Part shown: in pieces, positions 13,170 through 28,940 of the stretch | Layout: every line of letters begins with the position of its first letter | Numbering within the stretch: the first letter of the stretch is position 1 | Assembly: GCA_951406725.2 (NCBI GenBank) | Contig: OX597832.1 | Coordinates: forward strand, 18,414,001 to 18,478,000 | From: Octopus vulgaris | Lineage: Eukaryota | Length of the DNA stretch: 64,000 nucleotides | Reading direction: 5' to 3' | Program-made: the position numbers and the translations under genes | Notes under the pieces: model-generated | Seen by the model: only the letters and a program-made list of their open reading frames with translations | Told to the model about the DNA's origin: nothing | Databases searched by the model: none

Positions 13170-13561
13170 TTTCAAAATCTTTCATTTGATATTGATTGGT
13201 TCAAGGGGAGGTTTTCTTCTAGCTACTCGTCCATAACACCCAAGTTTATGCGGATATGTAACACACGTGCTTAGATTAACTTCTAGTTTTTTTGCAATGT
13301 CAGAAGCCTTCGAACGCGGTTCGTTTTCCACAATTCTCTTCAAACAGCGAAACTTCCATTCCGAGGATCCAGTTCGCCTGGGACAAAATCTGTTGATGCT
13401 TTTCCTTGGCTTTTGAATTGCACGAAAATTCTATTAACAGTAGCAAGAGGGATTTGAAAAATTTCAGCAAATTTTCGCTGGCTAAGTGAAGCCTCAGATT
13501 GTCCAACAATACGACCAATTTGAAAATCTGACAGTTCTACTGATTTTTTTGTGCGTGGCAT
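13170..13561 (-). pseudogene. Tc1-family transposase N-terminal fragment (frameshifted)
   Basis: MPRTKKSVELSDFQIGRIVGQSEASLSQRKFAEIFQIPLATVNRIF (paired-like HTH), then LKRIVENEPRSKASDIAKKL...GRVARRKP in another frame. Confidence 0.85.
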
Positions 13562-13807
13562 GGTTACTCTTCGCAAATGTTTGATATAATGGCACCTGGA
13601 ATGAAAAAGAATAATTACATTGTAAATTCTATACCGCTGAAAATATATTAAGACGCTTAGATCTGAATTTTTTTTAAATTAAGGGTATCTATTTACTTCC
13701 TACATGTCTGTGTACATCTTTTAAACTTAGAACAAAAGGATTCATAAAGGGATGACTTCATATGCACCAAATGAATTATTTTATTGACTATTGTTAAATT
13801 TCTCAAG

Positions 13808-14010
13808 CTGCTAGAATCGTTAGCCCGCCGGCTAATAAACGTAACCGTTTTTCGACGGCTTTACATTCAGTTTTCAAATCTGCCGGAGTGGTATTCCTTT
13901 CCTCCTTTTGGTGTTCAAGAAATAAGTACTATTTGAGAACAGGGATCAATGAGGTTGACTAGACCTCTACACAAACAATTCGGGCCTTGTGCCTATAGTA
14001 GGAATAACAA
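13808..14010 (+). mobile_element. Degenerate family-C SINE (older tail)
   Basis: AGCTGCTAGAATCGTTAGC head remnant, AAATAAGTAC, tail GGGCCTTGTGCCTATAGTAG. Confidence 0.6.
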
Positions 14011-15473
14011 TTATTACTTTTTCTGCGGTTGTGTGATTGTGCTTTTCTTTTGACACACATTTGTTAAATTTTCTCATATACATTACGTCTGAAAAGAAAA
14101 TAACTATAAAACATGAAGGAATAATTGAAAATATATAATTTGAGACAGGTTTCAGTGATGTTCATGGAAAAGTTATTTGAATAATTTAATAATAATTTTC
14201 TTCGAAGGTGGTGAACTTCTTTTGTGCGTAATTTAATAGTTTCTTATGTTCAAGCATCGAAATATATAAGACATAGAAGAAATACTTGACTAAGGATCCT
14301 GTGCTGAGTTTAGAGGTTATACTAGTCCGTTCATGCGCGCGCATTTGTGAAAGTACTTGCATGTATGTTTTATGCACACACACAACACAGAAATACACGC
14401 ACAAATAAATAGATAAATAGATAGGATGATGGATAGATAAATACATACATACATATACACATACATATGCACGTACATATTTTTATAATATGTTATAAAT
14501 GTGTTGTACTGTGTGAGTGTATGTATATATATGAGAGAAAACATTTCCAGGAAGCTTGAATAGCTTGCATTGCTCCGAATTAGTTGGAAAAATCCGAGGG
14601 AAAATTAAAAGTGCCTGACGTTGCAGAAATATTCTTTATTCGGGGTTGAGAGGACAAGGGAAAACGGGAAAGGTAGAAAAGTTAAACGTCGTGTATATTT
14701 GATCGATTGGTTGCAAACGATGGGGAACACAGAGCGATGTGAGAGTGCATATGAAAACGAGAAGTAGTAGGATAGAGATTATATACATTATAGACGAAAA
14801 GTGAGAGAAATAGAGCGAGAAAGAAAGATAACAAAAGGAATATATGTAAAAGAGAACGTGCCGAGGATCTGATGGAAAGAAAAGCTAATTTGAGAAGAGG
14901 GCCATGAGATAAATACGGGATTACGGAATGGTGACTGAGTGAAGCAGTGGGAAGAAAAGATTTCATTTATATTTGTGATCAAGTTTCCCGTTTGGACATA
15001 TCAAGATGTTAAATATAGTAGAGATGAATTGAAAGATGAGATAAGACGAATTATTAAAATTATTAAAACAAATTAAAACAAATGGCGCTATGGAGCTATT
15101 ATGTGGCATATGCGGTAATATAAACTCCCTTATAAATATACTATGAGCTCATCTGTGAGGTAAATCACATGAACTGGGCAAATATGTGAAGTGTGAGGAT
15201 GTTTGCTTAATTCGGGTACACTAGAGGGCCCATAGTGATCCCATTGAATGTTATATGATTGTTCTACAAAGAAAGAGGAATTCGGAATTGGGATGACTAC
15301 AGCTAATCGAATCAAAATGGAGGAACAGCGAATTGAGAAATCTTTACTGCTGATAGGTTTACAATGTGTGAGATTATTGCATAAAGTGATTTCATAAAGA
15401 TACTGTAGAAGTGACACTACTGTCCAGCAAAAGCAAAGAAAGCTAGTTGAAGAGGTTCAAAGCATGGCGGGTA

Positions 15474-16135
15474 CTTGGTCTAATCAATAATTATCCGGAC
15501 TGTTGCCTTAGTAAGGATACTACAGCCTATAGAGTAAAGCTCCATGGCACAGATTGACCTCTGCTGTGTATGCGCATCAAGTTTACCGTCTTAGCTCACT
15601 TCTGCTCTTTAAAGCAGTGCTTGGAAGGAACGTGTGTAGCGTGTGATTGTCGTATTGACAATGACAAAGGAAGTTGATAAGAAATCCTACATCAAATTTT
15701 GCCGAAAACTTGACGTTGCTTTCTCAGAGGCCTATGCAACGTTGCAAAAATTGTACGGGGAGGAATGTTTGAGTGGTTCAGATATTTCCAAGATTGCCCA
15801 AAAATGTCGATAGCGACGAACATTCTGGGATTCCCGCAATCAGAAGAACTGAGAACAACATCGCAGATGTGCGTACAGATGTGAGGGGAAATCCTAGAAT
15901 CACCTTCCGTGTGATATCAGTGGACGTGAAGATTAGTTACGGTTCAGTTCAGTTCGTTACCACTGAAGATTTAGGTATGAGATGCCTGTCTGCTAAGTTT
16001 GTGCTAAAACTGCTTTTAGCTGAAGGAAAAGACACTCGGGTTTCAGTTGCACAAGATCTCCTCGTTTCTGTGAAGAACGATGAAAACTTTTTGAAAACGG
16101 TCATAACGGGTGATGACTCCTGAGTCTATTGCTAT
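15474..16135 (+). mobile_element. Mariner element (irritans-like), 5' half, with decayed transposase starting at ATG 15661
   Basis: TIR-like TA-CTTGGTCTAATCAATAATTATCCGGACT. Peptide MTKEVDKKSYIKFCRKL..EAYATLQKLYGEECLS, frameshift, then DEHSG.P...TEDLGMRCLSAKFV.KLL...KTVITGDDS (first catalytic D), then a stop. Confidence 0.9.
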
Positions 16136-16331
16136 TCATAAGAACAATGAATTTACATCAGTCTGAAAAATTATGTAAAACTTTTAGTAAAACATGTTAA
16201 TTTACAAGAGGCTTCAGAGTGAGCTCAAAGTTGCGGACTGCTGAAGCTGATGAAAGCTGACGAAAATTACGCATGCTGAAATTTCGAAGTCACGTTCAAC
16301 ACTTTAATTCTAAAAGAATATTATATACCCC

Positions 16332-16409
<78 letters not shown>

Positions 16410-16412
<3 letters not shown>

Positions 16413-16556
16413 AAATTAAAAAAGGAAAATACGCACACATACACAGTTTTAATATACCGACCGGTTTCGCTATCGCTATTCATGATATTATGTTTTACTT
16501 ATTTGAATATATATTTTTTCTTAAGAAGAAATTTGGTCCAAGTTGTGTGTAATGAA
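16410..16556 (-). mobile_element. PLE-type terminal fragment with the 3' half of a hammerhead
   Basis: Minus strand GCGAAACCGGTCGGTAT-ATTAAA (16449-16470), between TA runs. The 5' core half is missing. Confidence 0.5.
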
Positions 16557-17104
16557 ATATATATATATATATAAAGCTGTATGTGTATATATATAATTGT
16601 GTGTATATACATACATATACGTCATCCTATATGAATGTTATATATAAATATATGAATGTATTTATATGCATATATATATATATGTATGTGTGTGTGTGTG
16701 TATGTATGTATATAACTATATGTATATATGTGTGTACATACACCAATATGCTGTTATAAAGGTGAACAGGTAAACAGAAATATATTGGAATTACATATAC
16801 ATAGATTTATTTTGTTTTATGTTTGTTTTTGACAATGTGTGTGTAAAGGGTGGATAAATATAAAAATACAAAAGGAAGGCAACTTTACATAAATTTGAAC
16901 GTGGTACAAGAGAAGCCGAAAAGCTGACGCATGGTCCCAATAACCTGTGAGAAACACATCTGGAGGGATATTCTTATATGGAAGTACACTAATGTCCACA
17001 AGTATGAGTGTGTGTGTGTGTGTGTGTGTATGCTTGTAGGTATTTGTATAAATGGGTATCCATATATATATGTAAAACTGTAGGTATGCACATATATATG
17101 TACA

Positions 17105-17151
<47 letters not shown>

Positions 17152-17306
17152 ATCGGCCAATCAAACTCTTAACCGGACAATTAACTAACCAATCACTAAG
17201 TTAGTCCATCTTTCTACTGATCTATCGAATTACCAATGTATTTAACCACATATATATATATATATATATATGTATCTGTGTGTATGTGTTTATATGTATA
17301 TATATG

Positions 17307-17362
<56 letters not shown>

Positions 17363-17364
<2 letters not shown>

Positions 17365-17778
17365 CGTAGGAGTGGCTGTGTGGTAAGTAGCCTGCTTACT
17401 AACCACATGGTTCCGGGTTCAGTCCCATTGTGTGGCATATTGGGCAAGTGTCTTCTACTATAGCCTCGGACCGACCAAAACCTTGTGATTGGATTTGGTA
17501 GACGGAAAGTGAAAGAAGACCGTCGTATATATATATGTATGTATATATATATGTATGTTTGTAAATATGATTGTACATCTGTGTTTGTCCCCCTAACATC
17601 GATGCTGGTGTGTTTACGTCTCCGTAACCTAGCGATTCGGCAAAAGAAAGACCGATAGAATAAGTACTAGGCTTACAAAGAATAAGTCCTGGGGTTGATT
17701 TGCTCGACTAATGGCGGTGCTCAAGCATGGCCACAGTCAAATGACTGATGCAATTAAAAGAGTAAAGAGAGTAAAGAG
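17363..17778 (+). mobile_element. Family-B SINE, full length, in a (TA)n tract
   Basis: GGCGTAGGAGTGGCTGTGTGGTAAG ... GGGTTCAGTCCC ... AAAGAGTAAAGAGAGTAAAGAG. Confidence 0.95.
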
Positions 17779-18011
17779 TATATATATACATATATTCAGA
17801 TAGATGCATTCATAGATACATAGATGTATAGTTACATACATTGATATAAACATTTGCGCGCTCGTGTGTGTGTTTGTGAGGGTTAGTGTATGTGTGCAAT
17901 ATTAATGTCTATGTAAATACAAGTAAAAACAATTATATCTGTAAGCATTTATAGGTAAATATACATAAGAATACATCAATTATATATGTATATATATTCT
18001 TTTATTTTTTT

Positions 18012-18420
18012 ATTCTTTCTTCTTGTTTCAGTCATTTGACTGCGGCCATGCTCGAGCACCCCCTTTAATCGAGCAACTCGACCCCGGGACTTATTCTTTT
18101 GTAAGCCCAGTACTTATTCTATCGGTCTCTTTTGCCGAACAGCTAAGTAACGGGGACATAAACACACCGGCATCGGTTGTCAAGCAATGCTAGGAGGACA
18201 AACACAGACACAATCACACACACGCATATATATATATATATATATATACATATATAAGACGGGCTTCTTTCAGTTTCCATCTACCAAATCCACTCACAAG
18301 GTTTTGGTCGGCCCGAGGCAATAGTAGAAGACACTTGCCCAAGGTGCCACGCAGTGGGACTGAACCCGGAACCATGTGGTTTGTAAGCAAGCTACCTACC
18401 ACACAACCACTCCTCCGCCT
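18012..18420 (-). mobile_element. Family-B SINE, full length
   Basis: Reverse-strand match to 33580-33993. Confidence 0.95.
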
Positions 18421-18429
18421 ATATATATA

Positions 18430-18892
18430 TTTTACGAAAATTGCATAAAACTATCTTGAAATACTAAAGAATAAATTAAGTCTGCCTCAACCGATTTTGG
18501 CATGTTCTTCAACTCATCTACGGTCTCCTTGTCTAAGTTCGTGAATGCTGCCACTATTCTTGCTTTCATCTAATCTTTAGTGATTCACGGAGTATTGTTG
18601 GTCTCTCGCTCAATTGCGTCTCACGCAACACATAATAGTCAAGGGGGTTGCAGGCTGGTGAGTTACATAGCATGATGTTAGAGAAGATGTTGTCGGAGAA
18701 ATTGTCTGACAGCCATGACTGGGTTCTCCTGCATGTGTGGCATGGAGAAGAGTCCTGTTGCCGGACAAAGTTCATCTAGCAGGAATCATGTTCACCTAAG
18801 GCAGCAATACCTCCTGCAGTCATATGATGTAGAATCCGTGTTGAGTTTGAGTTGGTGTGAAAAGATGAATGAAGGAATAACCTCGTCATCAC
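18430..18892 (-). pseudogene. maT-type (DD37D) Tc1/mariner transposase C-terminal fragment
   Basis: SDDEVIPSFIF...QQDSSPCHTCRRTQSWL...NSPACNPLDYYV, with 37 residues between the second and third catalytic Asp. Confidence 0.85.
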
Positions 18893-19267
18893 TATATATG
18901 CATGCATGTATTTAGGAATCTGTGTTTCCACCCCCCCTGCTATCATTTGATAAGTGATGTTCCTGTTTTTAAACTTCTGCAACATAGCGGTTCAGCAGAA
19001 GTACCCGGTAGTATAAGTACTAGGCTTTCAAAGAATAAGTCCTGGGATCGATTTGTTCCACCAAAGGCGGTGCTCCAGCTTCGACTCAGTCAAATGAGAG
19101 AAAAATGTGGAAAAATAAAAAAATTAAAGAATATTAACTTGCCCACAGACACGCATATTCACATACACACATATACAAAAACATACACACGTATATCTAA
19201 ATATATATATATAGGTGTGTGTCTCTGTGTGTGTGTGTGTAGGTATATATACACGCCAATATATATG

Positions 19268-19317
<50 letters not shown>

Positions 19318-19371
19318 CATATATATAAACATATATATAATCTATAATTTTATCTTTTTTTCACTATGAAA

Positions 19372-19424
<53 letters not shown>

Positions 19425-19873
19425 ATGATATATATATATATAATATAAATAAGATAACATATATAATATACACATATATGTTATATAAGTATATGCATAT
19501 ATATATATATATATCAATATACACGTATGTATATACATAAATATCATTGTATGTATATATATATATATATATATGTATGTATATATATATATATATTTGT
19601 GTATATATATATGTATATATATGTTTACCTGTATATATATATATAGAGAAATATATATATATATATATATGTACCTGTATATATAAGTATAGAGGAAGGT
19701 GTGGTGTGCATGTGTATTTGCGTCTATAGATATAGAAATGTATAAGAATAGAATAATAGATATTGTGTAGACAGTTTCAGAGTGTTCTACTAAATAGTAG
19801 TACACACATTCTCACGAATGCGCGTATGCGCGCATACAGGCACATACATATCTATACTCATATATATATGTAA

Positions 19874-19947
<74 letters not shown>

Positions 19948-19983
19948 GTAGATAGATAGTTAAATAGATGAATGGATAAATAA

Positions 19984-20040
<57 letters not shown>

Positions 20041-20195
20041 AAGATCCATGGATAATGAGGGAGATAAGTAGATACATAGATAAATATATATAAACTCAGG
20101 GAAACATATATATGTTTGTGTGTGTGTCTATACATATATATTTATAAATACATGGACACACTCACATGCACACAAACAAAACTGGCGTATATATC

Positions 20196-20256
<61 letters not shown>

Positions 20257-20609
20257 TATTTAATATATTTAATAAGATGTATATATATATATATATATAT
20301 AATAAAATAGGGATATAGATATTTACATGCATACACATACGACAGATTCATAGCAATAATTACTTAATTCTAATTAGCCATTATGTCTCTAATTACGTAA
20401 AATCTTCTCATTCATACATTGTTCTTTATTACCTTAGTAATGGCTGGAGCTATTGTACGTTATATATTGTGGAATAGATATTTAAATTTTTATGTTCAGT
20501 GCAAATTAAGCATAACCGATCAATATTTAAGATTTTTATGCCCGTATCCATAAATAAGTATGCAAAAGTACTTATACTTTATGGTTCGATATGCATATAT
20601 ATATATATA

Positions 20610-20657
<48 letters not shown>

Positions 20658-20691
20658 CATGTATAATCACACACATACGTATATATACGTA

Positions 20692-20821
20692 TATACATCT
20701 ATATACATACATAAATATAAATTTGTATATGTGTATGTATATATATATATTTATACATCTATATATGTATATATATATATTTATACATCTATATATGTAT
20801 ATATATATATTTATACATCTA

Positions 20822-20867
<46 letters not shown>

Positions 20868-20869
20868 TA

Positions 20870-20872
<3 letters not shown>
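20692..20872. repeat. About 30-bp minisatellite derived from (TA)n (unit TATACATCTATATATGTATATATATATATT)
   Basis: ATACATCTATATATG recurs at 30-bp spacing (20753, 20783, 20813), with outlying variant copies. Confidence 0.85.
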
Positions 20873-20901
<29 letters not shown>

Positions 20902-21535
20902 CATATAGCGCACACACATCGATCGGTACATTGCACAAATATCAACAGATGAAAATTCCTATTTTTCGTGTCCCACACAACGTAGCAGCTATCAAAACGT
21001 AGGCTCATTCACACTTTTTCAAAATTTCACACATTATTAGAGAGTTTGGGACACCTGGGCGAATTCTAACGGATAACTTTCCACTTCTGTGTTATTCGGT
21101 GTATATATTATGAAATATCCCGTCCCTTCTAATTATGAAACTGTTGCCGCAATAAGAACTCATGAAAATGGTGTTCATCGTATTCCTCTTGTTGAATACT
21201 TGAAATATTATAATGTTTATTTTCTTAAAAAAAGGATTTAAATATTTTCTATAAAAAATCGTTTCTACAAAACATCACCTCTTTAAACGTAGATAAATAC
21301 TGAAAAGAATTATACGTTCTCGACAGGTGTGCATAAGTACATACACCGGACTCTAAACTCAGTAAACTCAGACACAAAGATATGAATTTTTTATGTAGAT
21401 ATATATAATATCTTATATATATATGCCTAGTACTAACTATAACAATGCATCTATATTTATAGCAATATTTAAATGCTTGCCTTAACCGAAATTGAATTTA
21501 TATACTTATAAATGCACACACACATACTTATATAC

Positions 21536-21587
<52 letters not shown>

Positions 21588-21589
21588 GC

Positions 21590-21683
<94 letters not shown>

Positions 21684-21976
21684 CGGTACATGAATAAAAT
21701 ACGTACTAATATGTATTGAATTAGGTATACACAACGTATATATATATATACAGGTTTACATTTATTTATATATGTGTGTATATTTAAATGTATATAACTC
21801 TATATATGTGATTGCATGATTATATATATGTACATATATATATATATATATATTTATATATAAATAAATATACATACGTAAGTGTAAACGCACATATAGA
21901 AAAACATGTATATATATGTGTGTGTATATATATATATATATATATACATATCTATACACACACACACACACACACA

Positions 21977-22029
<53 letters not shown>

Positions 22030-22606
22030 ATTATAATGATATATAAATATTATGCAAAACGAAATTGAAAATTTATTACAAAGTTTATAACTTCTGAAAC
22101 GTAATCTCTTGGCAGAAGCTATAAACGCATACATCTATAATTACTTACATAAAAGCACACACATGCATACAGAGACACATATAAACATACATACAGTCCC
22201 CGTGCACGTACACACATGCGCGAGCAACATGCATACACATATGCAGCAACACGTACACACACACAAATGTATGAGTGTATATACTAGCATGTATATGGAA
22301 ACATACACATCTGTATATCTATGCACTCGTATGAATGCATATATAAATCCATTTAATTAATTCAAATAAAATATCAAAGAATTTTAGTTGAAATTAAATC
22401 TTCAATTTCTATGCATATATAATATAAATATATATAAAGAGAACGTGCTTAAAAAAATCTGTAATGAGAAAAAGTTATGGACAATATTGTAAATTTTTGG
22501 CGGTGGACAGGATAGTTTACACAGTTATCTGTAATATTTCCTCTATATGTCTACAATAATCCATCCATCCGCCTATAAATCCAACCATGTATGATATAGA
22601 AATTAT

Positions 22607-22682
<76 letters not shown>

Positions 22683-22741
22683 CACATATATATACATATA
22701 TATATTTATATATATATATACACACACACATATATATATAT

Positions 22742-22804
<63 letters not shown>

Positions 22805-23120
22805 AATAGATGTAGTGTTAACACATGTATTAATAATATATATTTATATGTATATATATATGGTATACCTATATATATGTATACAATATATATATATACA
22901 TACAATTATATAGACAGACAAATATATATGCCTGTGAGTGTTTGAGTGTGTATGTGCTTCAGATTATGTTTGTATGCATGTGTGTGCGTTTGTCTCTGTG
23001 TATATATGTATGCCAGTATACTATAAATGTATACATGAATAATATATATACCTATATATATATATGTGTGTGTGTAGGTATATATATATATGTATGGATA
23101 TATATATATGTGTATGTATA

Positions 23121-23238
23121 CTTTATTTAAAGCAGCAGAAAAGAATTTTCTGCTGCTTTAAATAAAGCATATTACTCTACCACTGGTATTTGAGTACTCT
23201 TTTTTCCACCTTGTTTCACATTTATGTGTTTACTCCGG
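23121..23238 (+). mobile_element. PLE-derived terminal fragment beginning with a perfect 22-bp fold-back hairpin
   Basis: CTTTATTTAAAGCAGCAGAAAA-GAA-TTTTCTGCTGCTTTAAATAAAG. The remainder is nearly identical to 47550-47645. Confidence 0.8.
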
Positions 23239-23766
23239 TATATGTATGTATATGTATAAATGCATATGAATATATAAATATACTTGTATATACACATACA
23301 TACAAATATATATACGTGTGAATGGATATATGCGCCTTTGCATTTCTGTGTGTGTTTGACAGTGTTTGTGTCTGTGTTCTTATATCTTGTTCTTGTATTG
23401 TGACGGAAATTTTATTCGTTTCAATTTTTCAATTTTTGTTATTCATTTTAGGTTTAGTATTTAGTGTTTTAGGGGTTTTTTTCTATCACAAAATTTATAG
23501 AAAGGCCTGATGAAAAGTAAAATGTGTATCGCTTTCCTTGCTTCATTTTATAAATATACATAACTAGAATGCAGTGTCCCATGTTAATCTATATATCTAT
23601 CGTTCTACCTAAATGCGTATGTCTCTCTCTTTCACCATGTCTTTCGCTCTCTCTATATCTCCACGCTTTTTGTTGTCTTCGCTTCAATGCCTGTGTGTAT
23701 TTACCTGTCCATCAATTTACGTGCGTCTGTTTCTATATACTTTCAAACTCAATTCACATACATATA

Positions 23767-23886
<120 letters not shown>

Positions 23887-23962
23887 AATATATATACATA
23901 TACATACATATATATATACAAATATATATATGTATATGTACTTGTGTACAGGTATATGCTTA

Positions 23963-24003
<41 letters not shown>

Positions 24004-24051
24004 TTACATGTATATGTGCATATATTTATATACGCATGCTTCGCATACGTA

Positions 24052-24260
24052 GGGGACTCGGATAGTCCCACTGCGTGGCACTTGGGTAGGTGTATTCTAG
24101 TATATCTTCGGACTCACCAAATCCTTGAGAGTGGAATTTGGTAGACAGAAACTGAAAGAAGCCCGTCATATATATTTATACAGATGTCTATATAGGTATG
24201 TTTGTTTCACTCTACCATCGATTGGCGACCGATGTTGGTTTGTATACGTCCGGTTACCTT
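24052..24260 (+). mobile_element. Partial family-B SINE
   Basis: AGTCCCACTGCGTGGCACTTGGG ... TTTGGTAGACAGAAACTGAAAGAAGCCCGTC. Confidence 0.8.
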
Positions 24261-24825
24261 GAATATGTGTATATATATATAATATATCTATATATATATG
24301 TATATATATATATATATGTGTGTGTAAACATACACATATATATACATACATATAAGGATATGCATGTATACATTTAAACACTTATATAGTATATACATAC
24401 AAATTCATATATTTATATATATGTATATACATATATATTGTAATATCTATATGTCATCCTATTTATATACGTCGGTATAATATATGTACATATACGCATA
24501 CACAAAATGCACACACAAAACGCACACCACATACACATAAGCATAATATATATATATATACATTATGGTATAAGTAATTTTACATAGGTTTATAATATCC
24601 TGAGAATATGATAAGTCTATTCAGATGAGTTAAAGATAGTATGTGTATGTGGTTAATTTTATGCGTGTAATTGTATAAAATATATATTAAAATTAACCAC
24701 ATATACGAAAAATTCACTTGTCTTTCTATATAAACCTCACTCTCTCTCTCGGTCTCTCTCTCACAGTCAATTCTCTCTCTCTCTCTCTTCCTCTCTCTTT
24801 GCAGACACACACTCACATATATACT

Positions 24826-24868
<43 letters not shown>

Positions 24869-24912
24869 GGATATATATGTGTATATATATATATATATAT
24901 AGGTAAATATAC

Positions 24913-24964
<52 letters not shown>

Positions 24965-25004
24965 ATATATGCATATAAATGTATATATATACATACACAC
25001 ATGT

Positions 25005-25047
<43 letters not shown>

Positions 25048-25966
25048 AAATATATATATATATTCGCTTGCTCATAGCGACCCTTAGCTCTGTTGATCTC
25101 ATTTTATGTACATTTACGTACATATACCTCCAAATTATTACGCGTGTATATATAAATATGTGTGTGTAAGTGGATGTGTCCATATATGTGCGTTTGTGTG
25201 TGTGCATACATTACTCTTCGCTTGTGCACGCACATACAGTTATGCATATACTCACATATACTTATGCATATATTTTGTGACTTAGTGAAAATGCGGCTGA
25301 GACCGTGGAACCAGTTGGATGGGCGAAATATACATATTTACTTCGTTCTACTATATCGAGTGTTAAATATTTTTTTCCGTCAATATGTTCATGCAAGCAT
25401 CATAATATCTGGATATGCAGGTACATTTAGATAAGCATAATGCACGTTGAAGTTCAGTGCACTAGAAGTCCGGTCAATTATTTGTTGTATTGTGACACGT
25501 CATAGCCAGCACATACAGGTGCAACATTTTAATTGCACGTATGCTTGAATTTAAATACGCACATATATGTATAAGCGCACGTACGCGTACATCTAAAATG
25601 ACGCCGAGAAACACACGCTTAGACAGTCATGGGTCAGTGTCGTACAGACACAAGCGTAGACATTCAACTGCATTGAAACGCAGACACCAATATGACGGCA
25701 GCAAGCATGCATGCAAAAACAATGGGAACGCACCCTGAACGTTCACCGCATCGATTTAAAATACGTGAAGCTTTTCAAACGTCATCGAATGAGTTACGTG
25801 TCTGACTCTGACTAATGTGTCGAGAAAAACCATGATTCACACCAACCCTGCGATCTGTCACGGTGACACACTCTCATTGAGTGTACTTGTGTGTGTACTT
25901 GTGACGGTGTATGTGTACGTGTGTTTGAACGTGTGTCTATACCTGTTTGATTTTGTATACATATAC

Positions 25967-26036
<70 letters not shown>

Positions 26037-26254
26037 GTAAAATATCTTATCGGTCTTATTATTTCCAGTATGTCCTTGTTATGAATGGCCAGAATAGTAA
26101 CTAAATCTGTTGATAAGGGATCTTCTCAACCGTTACGTGGTGTTCGCATTCTTCCGAGTGTGAGGGGAGACAATTTCAAATGTTTTTGATTTAGTTGACT
26201 TTTGTGATGGTAGTACAGAATGTGAAATTACTGATTGAAATACTAATTTATATG

Positions 26255-26365
26255 CCATTTTGATAACAAACACAGTCACACACGCACACACTCACACATG
26301 TACACGAGCGCACTATATATATATATATATATATATACACGCATACATGCACACGCTCACACTCA

Positions 26366-26424
<59 letters not shown>

Positions 26425-26610
26425 CAACGAACGTATACTATATAAACGGCATGCTTCTTTCAGTTTTCGTCTACCAAATCCACTCACAAGACTTTGGTCG
26501 GCCCGAGCCTATAGTAGGAGACACTTGCCAAAGGTGCCATGCAGTGGGACTGAACCCAAAACCATGTTGTTGGTAAGCAAGTTACTTACCACACGGCCAC
26601 TCCTGAGCCT
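26255..26610 (-). mobile_element. Family-B SINE 5' half with expanded internal microsatellite
   Basis: Head at 26445-26610. (TA)n/(CA)n expansion at 26275-26425. Confidence 0.9.
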
Positions 26611-26657
26611 ATTTACGCGTCTATGTATGTATGCATATAAAAAACACGCATATATTC

Positions 26658-26688
<31 letters not shown>

Positions 26689-26689
26689 G

Positions 26690-27382
26690 ATACATACATA
26701 CATACATACATACATACATACATACATAGGTACATACATACATACATACATAGATACATACATACATGCATGCATGCATGAATACATACGTACATATATA
26801 CATACATACATACGTACATACATACATACATACATACATGCATGCATGCATGCATACATACATACATACATACATACATACATACATACATACATACATA
26901 CATACATACATACATACATACATACATACATACATACATACATACATACATGCATGCATACATACATACATACATACATACGTACATACATACATACATA
27001 CATACATGCATGCATGCATGCATACATACATATATACATACATACATACATACATACATACATACATACATACATACATACATACATACATACATACGTA
27101 CATACATACATACATACATACATACATACATACATACATACATACATACATACATACATACATACGTACATACATACATACATACATACATGCATGCATG
27201 CATGCATACATACATATATACACACATACATACATACATACATACATGCATACATACATACATACATACATACATACATACATACATACATACATACATA
27301 CATACATACATACGTACGTACATACATACATACATACATACATACATACATACATACATACATACATACATACGTACATGCA
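26690..27382. repeat. Long (TACA)n tetranucleotide array with TGCA and CGTA variant units
   Basis: Directly visible. Source of the MYVC/HTYI pseudo-ORFs. Confidence 0.98.
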
Positions 27383-27539
27383 TAGAAGTATGTATTTACG
27401 ATATTTATACTTTTATATATCTGTGTTTTTGTGTGAGTTTCCTCCTGAATCTTGTTTCTGAACGTCTTCAACTTTTGAATATTTATTCCTTCTTCATTTT
27501 TATAACGGCTTGATACTTCTGTGTTATTGCATGGGGAAA

Positions 27540-27635
<96 letters not shown>

Positions 27636-27962
27636 ATGTATATTTTAATAATAATATAACTGTTATATTATCTTTGCAGAAATCGAAAACGTATTGCTAC
27701 TCAATCATCTTAACAACCAAGATATATAACGTCGAAAAAATTTAAATATCATGACGGAACGCAGTATCAAAATCATTTTTTGACAAAATGATATCAGGGT
27801 AGCCATATTTGTTAACACAGTCTCAAACACAACTATGTAGGAAATGAAACTGCATCTTCGTTAACACATCTCTTTTTACTTATTTATTAATTTATTTATC
27901 TTTCGTTCTTACACCCTTCCTTGAATCTTCTAAAAGTTTGAAGTTAAAAATTTTAACGTATC

Positions 27963-28428
<466 letters not shown>

Positions 28429-28574
28429 ATCTTCTTAAGTCATTCTCTCTTTCGTTCACTTTGACTGCTCTCTTACTTGTACCCACTCATTCACTCACTT
28501 TGTCTTTCTGACACTACTTTCTCTTTCATGTTGATAATCTAATGTTTTCTGCGTTTGTTTTCTTCTTATGGTTG

Positions 28575-28940
28575 CTCTATGTCGCAAAACTTGGTGCAGG
28601 TTTCAGTTTTTAAATGATTTTCAACATTGCTTCTAAATTCTATATAATAATGCTGATGTTGTTTTCGTTGAAACCAAAGCATGTCCTGATACAACAGATT
28701 TATAATCTATTTCATTCCACCTCTGACCTTTCAGTCTGTCACTTCCATTTGTGCATGAAACCGTTAGCTACGTCATCCCACTTGTCCCTCATGTGGCTGC
28801 TTTCTGTCTTCCATATGTCCGTCATATTGTTTTCGGTGTCAATTTGGGCCCTGGAAATATTGAGCTTTAGCGCCATTAAAAAATTCAGATCGAGCAATCG
28901 TATGACCAATGTTATTCCAGCTGTGGACATCACCAATTGT
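28575..28940 (-). pseudogene. Possible decayed pogo-like (CENP-B HTH/DDE_1) transposase fragment
   Basis: Peptide ...DVANGFMHKWK...RTCFGFNENNISIII.NLEAML resembles the 'W..GFM.R ... RA.GFN..NV..F..NL' block of pogo-group transposases. Several stops. Confidence 0.4.

Noticed and set aside
25430-25880. Locally CpG-rich unique stretch as a promoter
   Set aside because: No TSS motif or adjacent exon evidence. It may be degenerate (CA/CG) repeat.
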